A stretch of DNA of 59,453 nt, counting the filler. It is 5 parts of 5 records of this genome, joined end to end, with 100 filler letters (N's around TTAATTAATTAA, not from the genome) between each part and the next. Parts side by side here need not be neighbours in the genome. Positions count along the whole stretch, not along the records: positions 36,338 to 51,783 come from SRR31156797_5750; positions 51,884 to 59,453 come from SRR31156797_5754; 3 more parts are not named here. One strand, written 5' to 3'. The position numbers were made by a program, and so were the translations under genes. The notes beneath the pieces were generated by a model, which worked only from the letters and a program-made list of their open reading frames with translations, ran no database searches and was not told the DNA's origin. Positions 48,041 to 56,922 of the stretch are shown here, in pieces (position 1 is the first letter of the stretch; each line of letters begins with the position of its first letter).

Positions 48041-50239
48041 ATGTTTTATGAAGACTATTTCACGAGAATTGAAGATATAATTGGATTTAAAGAAGAGGCT
48101 TATAATAAAAAAATTAAAGGAAAATATGATTGTGAAAAGTCTAAAAACTTATTTCAAGATTGTTTTTCCAATCATGTTGATTTTGACAATCCATTTGTTG
48201 ATACACTCGAATATAATTATAATAAAAATGCAACACGATATATAAAAAGAGATACATTATCTGCATATTTTATTAATACAATATATAAAGTACCAGAAAT
48301 ATATGAAAAATCTTCAAATAAATTAGTACCATATTCAAAATTTTTAAAAATTATAACAGAAGAATCTTATTCAGATAATGTTATGGAAAATTATGATTTA
48401 GGTAGTAATAGATTAAGGTTTATTGTTGGTGATGTGGGTGAAGGAAAATCTGCATTAGTAAAAAAAACTATTGCTGAAATATGCCGAAATAAACAAACAT
48501 TTGATGAGAATTATGAAATTTTTAGTATTTACATTAATTTTGAAGATTTTTATAATTTTGGTAGTGAACCTAAATATTTACAAGTGGATGATGACTTTTA
48601 TAAAGTATTTTATCAATTAATTAAAGAAAGGATAGATAAAAAAATTGATTTATCAGAAATCTACTGTACTCAAAATATTTCTACAGAGCCAATTTTATCA
48701 ATAAAAAGAGTTTTGGATAAAATAAAACAAGAAGGTTTAAGGTTAATTATCTTTCTGGATAATTTAGACTTTTATCACTATTATACAGCACGATATTCAT
48801 ATTTTAAAGAATATTTTACTGATCAAGATAAAAACATTAAAAATAATATATCATGGTTATATTCTTTATTTTCAAAAAAAGGAAAACTTGGAGATATGGG
48901 TTTAAATGTAGTTTTTAGTGTTAGAAACTATGTATATGCTGATATTGTTGAGTCCTTTAAAGGAACAGATACAGAAATTGACACCTCAAGAGCATATAAA
49001 ATAAAATTAGCAGATGAAGAAGAAGTATTATCAAGTCGACTTCAACTTTTAAAAGATGCAATTGACATTGTATCTACTGAACATACTAATCAAGCTAAAG
49101 AACTTGAACGTATCTATGATACCTTAAGGATTATAATGGATCCTACAGAATTTAATATAAACGATCATACTTTATTAAATAATACATTTCTTACATCAGG
49201 AAATATTCATGACATATTTAGTATCAACTACTATTCCCCAATAAAACAAATTTCCAAAATTGGCCAACATGGATATAGAACTTTAGTTCATTTCTTTTCT
49301 TCTTTAAACATTTCATATCTAGACTTTGAACTAATTGAGCGTTTTTTTATAAATCAAGTATCAACATTAAGGCTTTTGTATTTTACAAATATTTTTAGTA
49401 GATACACTCAAGCTAAAAACCATTTTCCAAATTTATTTTTAAATGATTGTGTTATCTCATATGATCAAAATTTTGAAAATGCTCATCAAGGACATATACA
49501 TACATATTGGCTCAAATATTTTATTCTAAAATATATTGTAAAAAAAGAAGAAGTGAAATGTAATTCTATTGTTAATATTTTTAAGAAAAAAGGTCTTTAT
49601 GAAGAACACTTAATACTACATGTTTTGGGTAGTTTAAACACAGCAAATGAATTTAGATGTATAGAATATAATACTTTAAAAACTAATAATAATATATTAA
49701 GTAGAAAACTAACGGCAACAAGTCGAGGAAAATATTTTTTTGATATGCAAAATAATATTGAAAATTGTTTCGATATAGAATATTTACAAATTATTGTTGA
49801 AGATAAATGGTTATCTATTCCTAACATGTTAATTAATGACTTTTACGATAAAGATATTAATTATTCTCATCTTTACAAAACTGGAGAAAAGTATATATCA
49901 ATTTCTATTGAACATGCAGAGAAAAAAGCTTATAGTGCACTATATATGCTTAAAATATTACAAGCAAGCTATGATATAGAAATTAAAAAATTACAACCAG
50001 AACTCCATGCTTTTCTAGAACAAGAAAATTTAATACCTAATTTAACCTATGCATCAGATATGATTATTGAATATCTTGAAGGAATCTTACTATCTTTCAA
50101 TAAAGAAAAACGTATCGTTGAAAGTAAACTTGATAAAATTCAGAATAAGTTATCCGAATTAAACAATGACCAACAAATTAGAAAATTTTTTATGGACTAC
50201 TATTTAAATCAAACTGAAGATAAAAAGGTTTCAGCATGA
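48041..50239 (+). CDS. Uncharacterised large P-loop NTPase (STAND-like architecture)
   Basis: Walker A FIVGDVGEGKS, Walker B LIIFLDNLD, sensor-like VVFSVR and a possible C-terminal winged helix (LTATSRGKYFF). AAGGA RBS. Confidence 0.75.
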   Translation: MFYEDYFTRIEDIIGFKEEAYNKKIKGKYDCEKSKNLFQDCFSNHVDFDNPFVDTLEYNYNKNATRYIKRDTLSAYFINTIYKVPEIYEKSSNKLVPYSKFLKIITEESYSDNVMENYDLGSNRLRFIVGDVGEGKSALVKKTIAEICRNKQTFDENYEIFSIYINFEDFYNFGSEPKYLQVDDDFYKVFYQLIKERIDKKIDLSEIYCTQNISTEPILSIKRVLDKIKQEGLRLIIFLDNLDFYHYYTARYSYFKEYFTDQDKNIKNNISWLYSLFSKKGKLGDMGLNVVFSVRNYVYADIVESFKGTDTEIDTSRAYKIKLADEEEVLSSRLQLLKDAIDIVSTEHTNQAKELERIYDTLRIIMDPTEFNINDHTLLNNTFLTSGNIHDIFSINYYSPIKQISKIGQHGYRTLVHFFSSLNISYLDFELIERFFINQVSTLRLLYFTNIFSRYTQAKNHFPNLFLNDCVISYDQNFENAHQGHIHTYWLKYFILKYIVKKEEVKCNSIVNIFKKKGLYEEHLILHVLGSLNTANEFRCIEYNTLKTNNNILSRKLTATSRGKYFFDMQNNIENCFDIEYLQIIVEDKWLSIPNMLINDFYDKDINYSHLYKTGEKYISISIEHAEKKAYSALYMLKILQASYDIEIKKLQPELHAFLEQENLIPNLTYASDMIIEYLEGILLSFNKEKRIVESKLDKIQNKLSELNNDQQIRKFFMDYYLNQTEDKKVSA

Positions 50240-50652
50240 CATCAATTGAAGCAGTAAATAATTTTCTGAATAATAACCCCAAAACAGCTATGGTATTACT
50301 AAATGCCATAATTGCTGTTATTTTAATTTTTTGTAAACACTATTTTGATAAGTACATTAATACTAAAGAGACTATTAATTCTGCAAAAATTCTTTTAACT
50401 TCATTTTCTAATATTTTAATTAGTGCTATTATGAACAATAATAAAGATATAGCAAAAGAACATTATATAATCTTATTAAATAGTTCAATTATATTTAAAA
50501 ATGATATTCATCTATATTCAATTTTTAATGACTTACAACAATTGTATATATATCTACAACTAGATAATTTTGTAAATGAATCCAACGATGTTTTTTCAAA
50601 AGACATTGCAATTAAAAAAATAGAAACGCTGAAAAAGTCCTTACAAACTTAA
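50236..50652 (+). CDS. Small hypothetical protein with N-terminal TM helix
   Basis: 138 aa, TM segment AMVLLNAIIAVILIFC, ATGA overlap with the NTPase stop. Confidence 0.65.
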   Translation: MTSIEAVNNFLNNNPKTAMVLLNAIIAVILIFCKHYFDKYINTKETINSAKILLTSFSNILISAIMNNNKDIAKEHYIILLNSSIIFKNDIHLYSIFNDLQQLYIYLQLDNFVNESNDVFSKDIAIKKIETLKKSLQT

Positions 50653-50704
50653 ATATTTCTAAACTAAAATACCAGTTAAATTAAATAAAGTGATATAACT
50701 TTAT

Positions 50705-51580
50705 TTAATTTCTAAAAATCACCCTATTCCGTCCACTCCCTTTCGCCTCATATAAAGCATCATCTGCTTGTTTTAAAAGCTTATCTATCGTATCTGTAGT
50801 TTGATCTTTTTTTGCTATTCCTATACTAATAGTAAAGGTTACCTCTTTTGTATCTTCAGTTATTACACTTTTTTCTTCTATAAGTTTTCGAATCGATTCC
50901 ATATCTTTTTCTATATCTTCAAAAACAGGCATATCTACTATGATGGCAAACTCTTCTCCACCTAGTCTTCCAAATACAGTATTTTTGGCAAGTTGTTCTG
51001 AAATTGTAGCGGTTACACATTTGATCACTTCATCTCCAACTGAGTGTCCATAGGTATCATTGATATTTTTAAATTTATCTATATCTATCATCACTGCATA
51101 GATCGACTCTGTACTATAAGAAAAAAGTTGTTCACCTAGTTCAAAAAATTTTCTTCGATTAAGAATCCCAGTCATTTGATCATATGAAGAGATATATTCT
51201 AAATGGTTTATTGTATCTTGGAGTTTAAACTCTCTTGTAAGTCTAGCTAATAGTTCCCGTGGTTTGAAAGGTTTGGTTATATAATCACTGCCACCAATCT
51301 CATACGCTTTTTCAATACTATCTTCATCTGTTTTTGCTGTGATAAAAATAATTGGTATATCTTTTGTGTTTTGATTATTCTGAAGCTTTTGACATACTTC
51401 AAACCCATCCATCTCTGGCATCATTACATCAAGTAAAATAAGGTCACACATCTCTTCTTCTAATATCTCTAATGCTGTTTTCCCATTTAAAGCAACCATA
51501 ACATCGTATCGATCACTTAATAATTCAACTAAAATATTAATATTAGTTCGTGTATCATCAACTACAAGAATCTTTTTCAA
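50705..51580 (-). CDS. Response regulator / diguanylate cyclase (REC-GGDEF)
   Basis: LVVDD...LLDVMMP receiver, DIDKFK.INDTYGH and GRLGGEEF. Confidence 0.93.
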   Translation of the reverse strand: MKKILVVDDTRTNINILVELLSDRYDVMVALNGKTALEILEEEMCDLILLDVMMPEMDGFEVCQKLQNNQNTKDIPIIFITAKTDEDSIEKAYEIGGSDYITKPFKPRELLARLTREFKLQDTINHLEYISSYDQMTGILNRRKFFELGEQLFSYSTESIYAVMIDIDKFKNINDTYGHSVGDEVIKCVTATISEQLAKNTVFGRLGGEEFAIIVDMPVFEDIEKDMESIRKLIEEKSVITEDTKEVTFTISIGIAKKDQTTDTIDKLLKQADDALYEAKGSGRNRVIFRN

Positions 51581-51783
51581 GAGAGCTCCTTTTGTGATAG
51601 GTATTGTAGCAAGAGTTTCTGTAATTTATCAAATTCTATTGGTTTACAAAGGTGATCATCCATTCCTGATTCTAAACTTTTTTGAATATCCTCTTTCATA
51701 GCGTTCGCACTTAAAGCAATAATTGGTACTGCTTTATCTTTTTTTCTAATCTCTTTTGTTGCATCATACCCATTCATTATTGG
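51577..51783 (-). CDS. Receiver-domain C-terminus, probably of a hybrid kinase (5' truncated)
   Basis: PIMNGYDAT..IR...PIIALSANA...GMDDHLCKP. Frame is open to the contig edge. Confidence 0.85.
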   Translation of the reverse strand, partial: PIMNGYDATKEIRKKDKAVPIIALSANAMKEDIQKSLESGMDDHLCKPIEFDKLQKLLLQYLSQKELS

Positions 51784-51883
51784 NNNNNNNNNNNNNNNNN
51801 NNNNNNNNNNNNNNNNNNNNNNNNNNNTTAATTAATTAANNNNNNNNNNNNNNNNNNNNNNNNNNNNNNNNNNNNNNNNNNNN
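51784..51883. other. Artificial contig spacer
   Basis: N-run + TTAATTAATTAA + N-run. Confidence 0.99.
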
Positions 51884-52124
51884 TGCAAATCCTTTTCCTG
51901 CTTCTCCTGCTCTGGCAGCTTCTATAGCAGCGTTTAGAGCCAAAAGATTTGTTTGCTCTGCAATTTGTTTTATTGAAATCACCATTCCACCAATATTTTC
52001 TGTTAAATTTTTAGTTTGTTCAAAACCTTTTGATGAAAGATTTACTGTTTGCTTCATTGAAGATAAAGCTGATTAATCAAATTATCAAAGTCCCCAATAT
52101 TCTCCCTTTCACACTTAATTTCAT
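51884..52124 (-). pseudogene. Methyl-accepting chemotaxis protein remnant (internal deletion; also cut by contig end)
   Basis: RBS and MKLSVKGRILGTLII end at TGA 52077-52079. The MCP core [27 protein letters not shown] follows within about 110 nt in another frame. Confidence 0.6.
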
Positions 52125-52210
52125 CTTTCCTCTCCTTTTTCTCCCTTTTTCTTCTCCTTCTTTTAGCTATTAAATACTAACTCCGCTTCAAACATTAACT
52201 GAAATTTTCA

Positions 52211-53896
52211 CTATCCATTGTATACAATATGTGAAAGTTGCTTTCCATATTTTTTATCTTCAACATCAATATGGTTAATTAACCAATCTCGTAAAAACTC
52301 AATTATCTCAATAGATGGTTTTTTATCGTTTTCAATTAGATCTCGCTCAAACTCTTTAATTTTGTTTAGGAAAATAATATGCTGCTCTTTTTGTCGTTGT
52401 AGATTTTTCTGATTATATGAATGTTTCTCGAGCAATCTCTCTTCCTCACCAAAATGCTTCTGAGTATACTGAAATAGTTCTTTAACCACATCAATAACAG
52501 CACTCATATTATCTTCTGAGTTTAAAACCATATTTCCTATTTTATTTGTAATATTAAATAAAACCTTATGCTGATCATCCATTTGATTAATGAGAACACT
52601 ATTGTCTACAGTCCACTGAACAAATTTAAGTTCTCTATCTAGTGCTTCCGGTGAGTAGTTATATTTTTTAGTTAGAAATCTTAATGCACTTGAAACATTT
52701 CCAAGTTCATTTGCAAAATTAAAACTTTTAATAACCTGATTATGTAGAAAATCCGTTGACTCCATTTGATTTTCTACTTTTGAAAATATATTTGTACTAC
52801 GTTCAGTTAGATCATCCATTGCATGCTTAATCTCCTCTAATGAGCTGGTTTGTTCATTAAGCTCGTAAGAAGTACTATCACTAGCTAACTTAACTATTTC
52901 AGCACTTTTCATTATCTCATCAATTAATTTCTGAGAAGATGAGATTGACTCTTGTTCTTCTACAACCATAGTTTTTGTTTCATCTACACTAGCATTTACC
53001 AGAACTACCTTCTCCATAATATTGTTCAATATCTTTGAAATCTCTTTAGTTGATTCTTGAGAAGTTCCTGCTAATTTTCTGATTTCGCTCGCTACAACAG
53101 CAAATCCCTTTCCAAATTGACCTGCTCTTGCTGCTTCAACAGCCGCATTGAATGCCAGCAGATTTGTCTGTTCAGAAATATTATTTATCAAAGATAAAAT
53201 TTCATTAATATCTTTGGTAAAATTTCTTAATTCAGATGTTTCTTTATTTATTACATTCATTTGTTCATTAATTTTATTTATCTTTTCAATATCTTTAGTT
53301 AAATTATTATAACCTTGTTCAGAATTTTTTAAAGTTTCCTGTGCTGTTAGTTTTGTAGACATTGCTTTTTCATTTACACTTTGAACAGCACCAACAAGAT
53401 TTTGAACAGCTGAAGAAACTTGTTCAGCCGAGCTAACCTGACCATTTACATCATTTATTACCTCTTTCATAGTTTCCGTTGCATTCATAATTGTTTCATT
53501 TTTTCTTACTTTATCCAAATCATCCTGTAGTTTTATACTCATTTCAGCTAGATTCGTAGCAGTAAAAGATATTTTAGAAATTGTTGTTTCATTTGATTGA
53601 ATTAATTTATTAATCTTTTTAACAAAAGTGTTAAAAACCCCTCCTTTTACATCAATTCTTTCGTTCAACTTCTCTTCATTAAGTTCAATATTTCTGAACT
53701 CCTCTATGCTTTTATTAAGAGTAAATATAATGTAATAAAACATTAGTAAAATCAAAAATGATATTGGAATCAATAACATATGCAAATCATATGCAAATTC
53801 CAAAACCAACATTACGACAAATATTATCCCCGGTATTAATACAAATATTCTTTCCATCCTCATCTCCCCTTCAAAATTAAAATAAACACATTTCAA
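52211..53896 (-). CDS. Methyl-accepting chemotaxis protein with C-terminal bacteriohemerythrin domain
   Basis: Two N-terminal TM segments, [33 protein letters not shown], and W...SV....MDDQHK...HFGEEE...[13 protein letters not shown]. Real start is probably a downstream Met. Confidence 0.9.
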   Translation of the reverse strand: MKCVYFNFEGEMRMERIFVLIPGIIFVVMLVLEFAYDLHMLLIPISFLILLMFYYIIFTLNKSIEEFRNIELNEEKLNERIDVKGGVFNTFVKKINKLIQSNETTISKISFTATNLAEMSIKLQDDLDKVRKNETIMNATETMKEVINDVNGQVSSAEQVSSAVQNLVGAVQSVNEKAMSTKLTAQETLKNSEQGYNNLTKDIEKINKINEQMNVINKETSELRNFTKDINEILSLINNISEQTNLLAFNAAVEAARAGQFGKGFAVVASEIRKLAGTSQESTKEISKILNNIMEKVVLVNASVDETKTMVVEEQESISSSQKLIDEIMKSAEIVKLASDSTSYELNEQTSSLEEIKHAMDDLTERSTNIFSKVENQMESTDFLHNQVIKSFNFANELGNVSSALRFLTKKYNYSPEALDRELKFVQWTVDNSVLINQMDDQHKVLFNITNKIGNMVLNSEDNMSAVIDVVKELFQYTQKHFGEEERLLEKHSYNQKNLQRQKEQHIIFLNKIKEFERDLIENDKKPSIEIIEFLRDWLINHIDVEDKKYGKQLSHIVYNG

Positions 53897-54137
53897 TTAT
53901 TCTAGATATTGTATACTAAAAAAAATATTTTTTCCTTTTTACAAAGAAATAACACTAGTGTAAAAATTAAAATTTATGCTCTACCCATAGTATTCTCTGA
54001 TGCAACCAATTAATTTAAAAGTGTTATTTTTTTATAGATTTTAATTTTTTGTCAACTTTTTTAAAAAAATTAATAGTTTTTTTCAAAAATAGAGTATAAT
54101 ATCCCTATAGAATTTATCAAGAATTAGGAGTAATCAC

Positions 54138-54743
54138 ATGAAAAAAAATTTAATTTATTTAATTCTAATAATCGCATCCATTTCCGTAAATGCTCATCCG
54201 CATATTTTTGTTGATGCACTTTTACTTGCAGATTTTACTGATAATGGCCTAAAAGGTGTAGAAATTCGTTGGGTTTATGATGAGATGTACAGTGCTACTA
54301 TTGAGATGATCACCGGAAGATTCGGAGTAGAGAAATTTACAGAGGAAGAGATAGAACTGCTTAGGCAAGAGGAGTTTGAACTCATGAAAAAAAATAATTA
54401 TAATACAAAAATTAAAATTGATGGAGAAAATTATCCTGTAAATAAAGTAGAAAACTTTAAAGCTAGAAAATATGAGGATTTCGTTGTATTTTCTTTTTAT
54501 ATTCCTCTTAATATAGAGTTCGGAGAGCAATACAGGGAAATTAGAATTTCTCTATATGACAAAGAGTATTATACAGAATATTACCTAATTGAACCTGATC
54601 CAATAATATTTAGAGACGCGAGTAACTATGAAGCTGATTATTATTTGGAGTATAATGAAGAGGAAGCGTACTATTTTGATCAAATATATCCACAAGAGAT
54701 AATTATAGATCTAAAGAAAAAAGCAGAGGAGAAAATCAAATGA
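54138..54743 (+). CDS. DUF1007 family exported protein
   Basis: Signal peptide followed by AHPHIFVD, then W.YDEMYS and YDKEYY. Confidence 0.82.
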   Translation: MKKNLIYLILIIASISVNAHPHIFVDALLLADFTDNGLKGVEIRWVYDEMYSATIEMITGRFGVEKFTEEEIELLRQEEFELMKKNNYNTKIKIDGENYPVNKVENFKARKYEDFVVFSFYIPLNIEFGEQYREIRISLYDKEYYTEYYLIEPDPIIFRDASNYEADYYLEYNEEEAYYFDQIYPQEIIIDLKKKAEEKIK

Positions 54744-55576
54744 ATAAAGCATTAAAACTCTTTATTATAATCTTTTTTCTAATTTTCTCTTTTTTAACTT
54801 ATCAACAATATGGAACAAAATTAAAAATTAATTATCGAAAAAATCTGATAAGTTTACAAAGAGATTTTAAGAAAAAAATGTCAAAAAATTTAATCAAAAT
54901 TAAAAAAGAAAATTCTAAAGAAGCAATAGTTGTTTTACTTCTATCATGCTTTGTCTATGGTGCTGTACATGCAGCAGGCCCCGGACATGGAAAAGTTTTT
55001 CTTTCCTCATATGTAATCTCAAAAAATATCAACATCTCCGAGATTATTGCAACCGGAAGTTTAATCTCATTCTTCCATGTAAGTTCCTCCATAATAATCG
55101 TTACTGTTCTAAAAATAAGTCTTGAAAGAATATTACCCTCAATGTTTACAAATGTTGAGAGAGTTATCCAGATTATAAGTTACTCTTTGATTATTCTAAT
55201 GGGAATATATTTGTTCTATCATGAACTTCAGCATCATAGGGAAAAACATAAGAAAAAAGAGTATAAAAACTCTCTTGTCATGGCTCTGATGATCGGAAGT
55301 GTTCCTTGTCCCGGAACTATAACTTTACTGATATTTTCACTTTCCCTTAAGCTATTTATATTAGGTCTCTTGGGGGCTTTTGTTATGGCGCTTGGTATGG
55401 CTGTCACTATATCCACTATCGGAATTCTTACTAAATTCGGTAAAATTAGTATAGGTAAAACTTTCGAAGAAGAAGCCCGGCATTCAAATATAATTAGTAA
55501 AATTATTCCTTTCATAGGACCTGGTTTAATAGTTATTTTTGGAATAATATTTTTATTAAGCATAATTTATATATAA
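54740..55576 (+). CDS. Nickel/cobalt transporter (RcnA/NiCoT-like)
   Basis: YGAVHAAGPGHGK, short His/Lys-rich loop and G.VPCPG. ATGA overlap with DUF1007. Confidence 0.85.
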   Translation: MNKALKLFIIIFFLIFSFLTYQQYGTKLKINYRKNLISLQRDFKKKMSKNLIKIKKENSKEAIVVLLLSCFVYGAVHAAGPGHGKVFLSSYVISKNINISEIIATGSLISFFHVSSSIIIVTVLKISLERILPSMFTNVERVIQIISYSLIILMGIYLFYHELQHHREKHKKKEYKNSLVMALMIGSVPCPGTITLLIFSLSLKLFILGLLGAFVMALGMAVTISTIGILTKFGKISIGKTFEEEARHSNIISKIIPFIGPGLIVIFGIIFLLSIIYI

Positions 55577-55583
55577 ATTTTTC

Positions 55584-55612
55584 TTGACAAAAGCGTATAT
55601 ATGGTATACACT
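55584..55612 (+). promoter_or_regulatory. Sigma70 promoter P1 overlapped by palindromic operator 1 (55592-55612)
   Basis: TTGACA-17 bp-TACACT; operator AGCGTATA-TATGG-TATACACT. Confidence 0.75.
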
Positions 55613-55624
55613 CATATTACAGAA

Positions 55625-55645
55625 AGCGTTAAGTAGCTATACGCA
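55625..55645. promoter_or_regulatory. Palindromic operator 2
   Basis: AGCGTTAA-GTAGC-TATACGCA, a near reverse complement of operator 5. Confidence 0.65.
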
Positions 55646-55674
55646 AACTATCAATAACTAGATTCAAAAAATTC

Positions 55675-55703
55675 TTGACATAAGTGTATATATCCTATAC
55701 AGT
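55675..55703 (+). promoter_or_regulatory. Sigma70 promoter P2 overlapped by operator 3 (55683-55703)
   Basis: TTGACA-17 bp-TACAGT; operator AGTGTATA-TATCC-TATACAGT. Confidence 0.75.
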
Positions 55704-55719
55704 GTAGTTGGTGATGAAA

Positions 55720-56220
55720 ATGGAAGAAAAAAAGAAGGTAATTGATAATAAAGTTATGACATTTGTAGAAACATTTCATGATGTAATACACGACATTATA
55801 GACTTGGAGTCACGTACAATGACTTTTGGTACTGATACAGAGCTTTCAAGGGCTGAAATTCATTTAGTTAAAACGATAAAAGAGAACGCAAATAGTTCTG
55901 TAACAAAACTAGCTGAAATTCTGGAAGTAACAAAAGGAGCAATATCACAGTCTCTTGCTAAATTAAGCAAAAAGGAAATGATTAAAAAAGAAATTGACCC
56001 CGAGAACAGATCCCGATTAATAATTAAGCTCACTGAAAAAGGGGAAGTTGCATATATCGGGCATGAAAAATTTCATAACAGTTTTGACTCTAATTTCTTG
56101 TCTTTATTTGATGACTATAATGAAGATGAAATGAAATTTTTGGTTAATTTCGCTATAAAATCAAGAAATATGCTACAAAATTTCAATGATAACATAATAA
56201 ATAAAGATAAACTTAAATAA
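55720..56220 (+). CDS. MarR-family transcriptional regulator
   Basis: SVTKLAEILEVTKGAISQSLAKL..K.MI......ENRSRLIIKLTEKG winged HTH. Start could lie anywhere in 55708-55720. Confidence 0.92.
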   Translation: MEEKKKVIDNKVMTFVETFHDVIHDIIDLESRTMTFGTDTELSRAEIHLVKTIKENANSSVTKLAEILEVTKGAISQSLAKLSKKEMIKKEIDPENRSRLIIKLTEKGEVAYIGHEKFHNSFDSNFLSLFDDYNEDEMKFLVNFAIKSRNMLQNFNDNIINKDKLK

Positions 56221-56253
56221 TTTTTTTAGGCATAAATAATATGTCTAAAAAAA
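56221..56253. terminator. Hairpin after marR
   Basis: TTTTTTTAGGCATA-AATAA-TATGTCTAAAAAAA inverted repeat. Confidence 0.55.
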
Positions 56254-56262
56254 TTTAAGCGA

Positions 56263-56283
56263 AGAGTATAGTGTCTAAACACT
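56263..56283. promoter_or_regulatory. Palindromic operator 4 upstream of methyltransferase
   Basis: AGAGTATA-GTGTC-TAAACACT, closely followed by TATAAT. Confidence 0.65.
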
Positions 56284-56307
56284 TTATAATATTGAGGAGG
56301 AAATCAA

Positions 56308-56868
56308 ATGGAAACAACAAAAACACATGTTTGCCCGTGGTGGGTTGGATATTTATTAGCTAGTCCTTTAAGAAAACTAATACAAGATCCTGAGAAAATT
56401 TTAAAACCATATGTAAAAGAAAATATGAAGGTCCTTGATTTTGGTTGTGCAATGGGATACTTCAGTTTAGCAATGGCAAAAATGGTAGGTGAAAATGGAA
56501 AAGTTATTTGTATTGATTTGCAAGAAAAGATGTTGAAAGAATTAAGGAAAAGAGTGAAAAAATTTGATTATGAAAACCGAGTAAAACTAAAACAATGCTC
56601 ACAAGACAATACAGAAATTTCGACTCTCATAAATCTTGATTTTGCTCTCGCTTTCGCAGTAATTCATGAGATGCCTCATCAAAAAAAGTTCCTTAGAGAA
56701 ACATATGATGCTCTTAAAAACAAGGGAAAACTATTAATCGCAGATCCAAAAGGCCATGTATCAAAAGAAAATTTTGATATAACTATCAAAGAAGCAGTGG
56801 AAGTTGGTTTTAAAATTATAGATTATCCAAAAATTAGTAAGTCAATGTCTGTCTTATTGGAAAAGTAA
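56308..56868 (+). CDS. Class I SAM-dependent methyltransferase
   Basis: HVCPWW N-terminus, VLDFGCAMGYF, CIDLQEKML and AVIHE; GAGGAGG RBS. Confidence 0.9.
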   Translation: METTKTHVCPWWVGYLLASPLRKLIQDPEKILKPYVKENMKVLDFGCAMGYFSLAMAKMVGENGKVICIDLQEKMLKELRKRVKKFDYENRVKLKQCSQDNTEISTLINLDFALAFAVIHEMPHQKKFLRETYDALKNKGKLLIADPKGHVSKENFDITIKEAVEVGFKIIDYPKISKSMSVLLEK

Positions 56869-56883
56869 TATTTTTTTGTTCAG

Positions 56884-56904
56884 AGTGTATAGCTACTTAA
56901 CACT
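56884..56904. promoter_or_regulatory. Palindromic operator 5 upstream of MMPL gene
   Basis: AGTGTATA-GCTAC-TTAACACT. Confidence 0.7.
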
Positions 56905-56922
56905 ATAAAGGGAGGATATAAA

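Noticed and set aside
52077-52079. TGA in the MCP remnant as a selenocysteine codon
   Set aside because: No downstream hairpin, the MCP core is in a different frame, and MCPs are not redox selenoproteins
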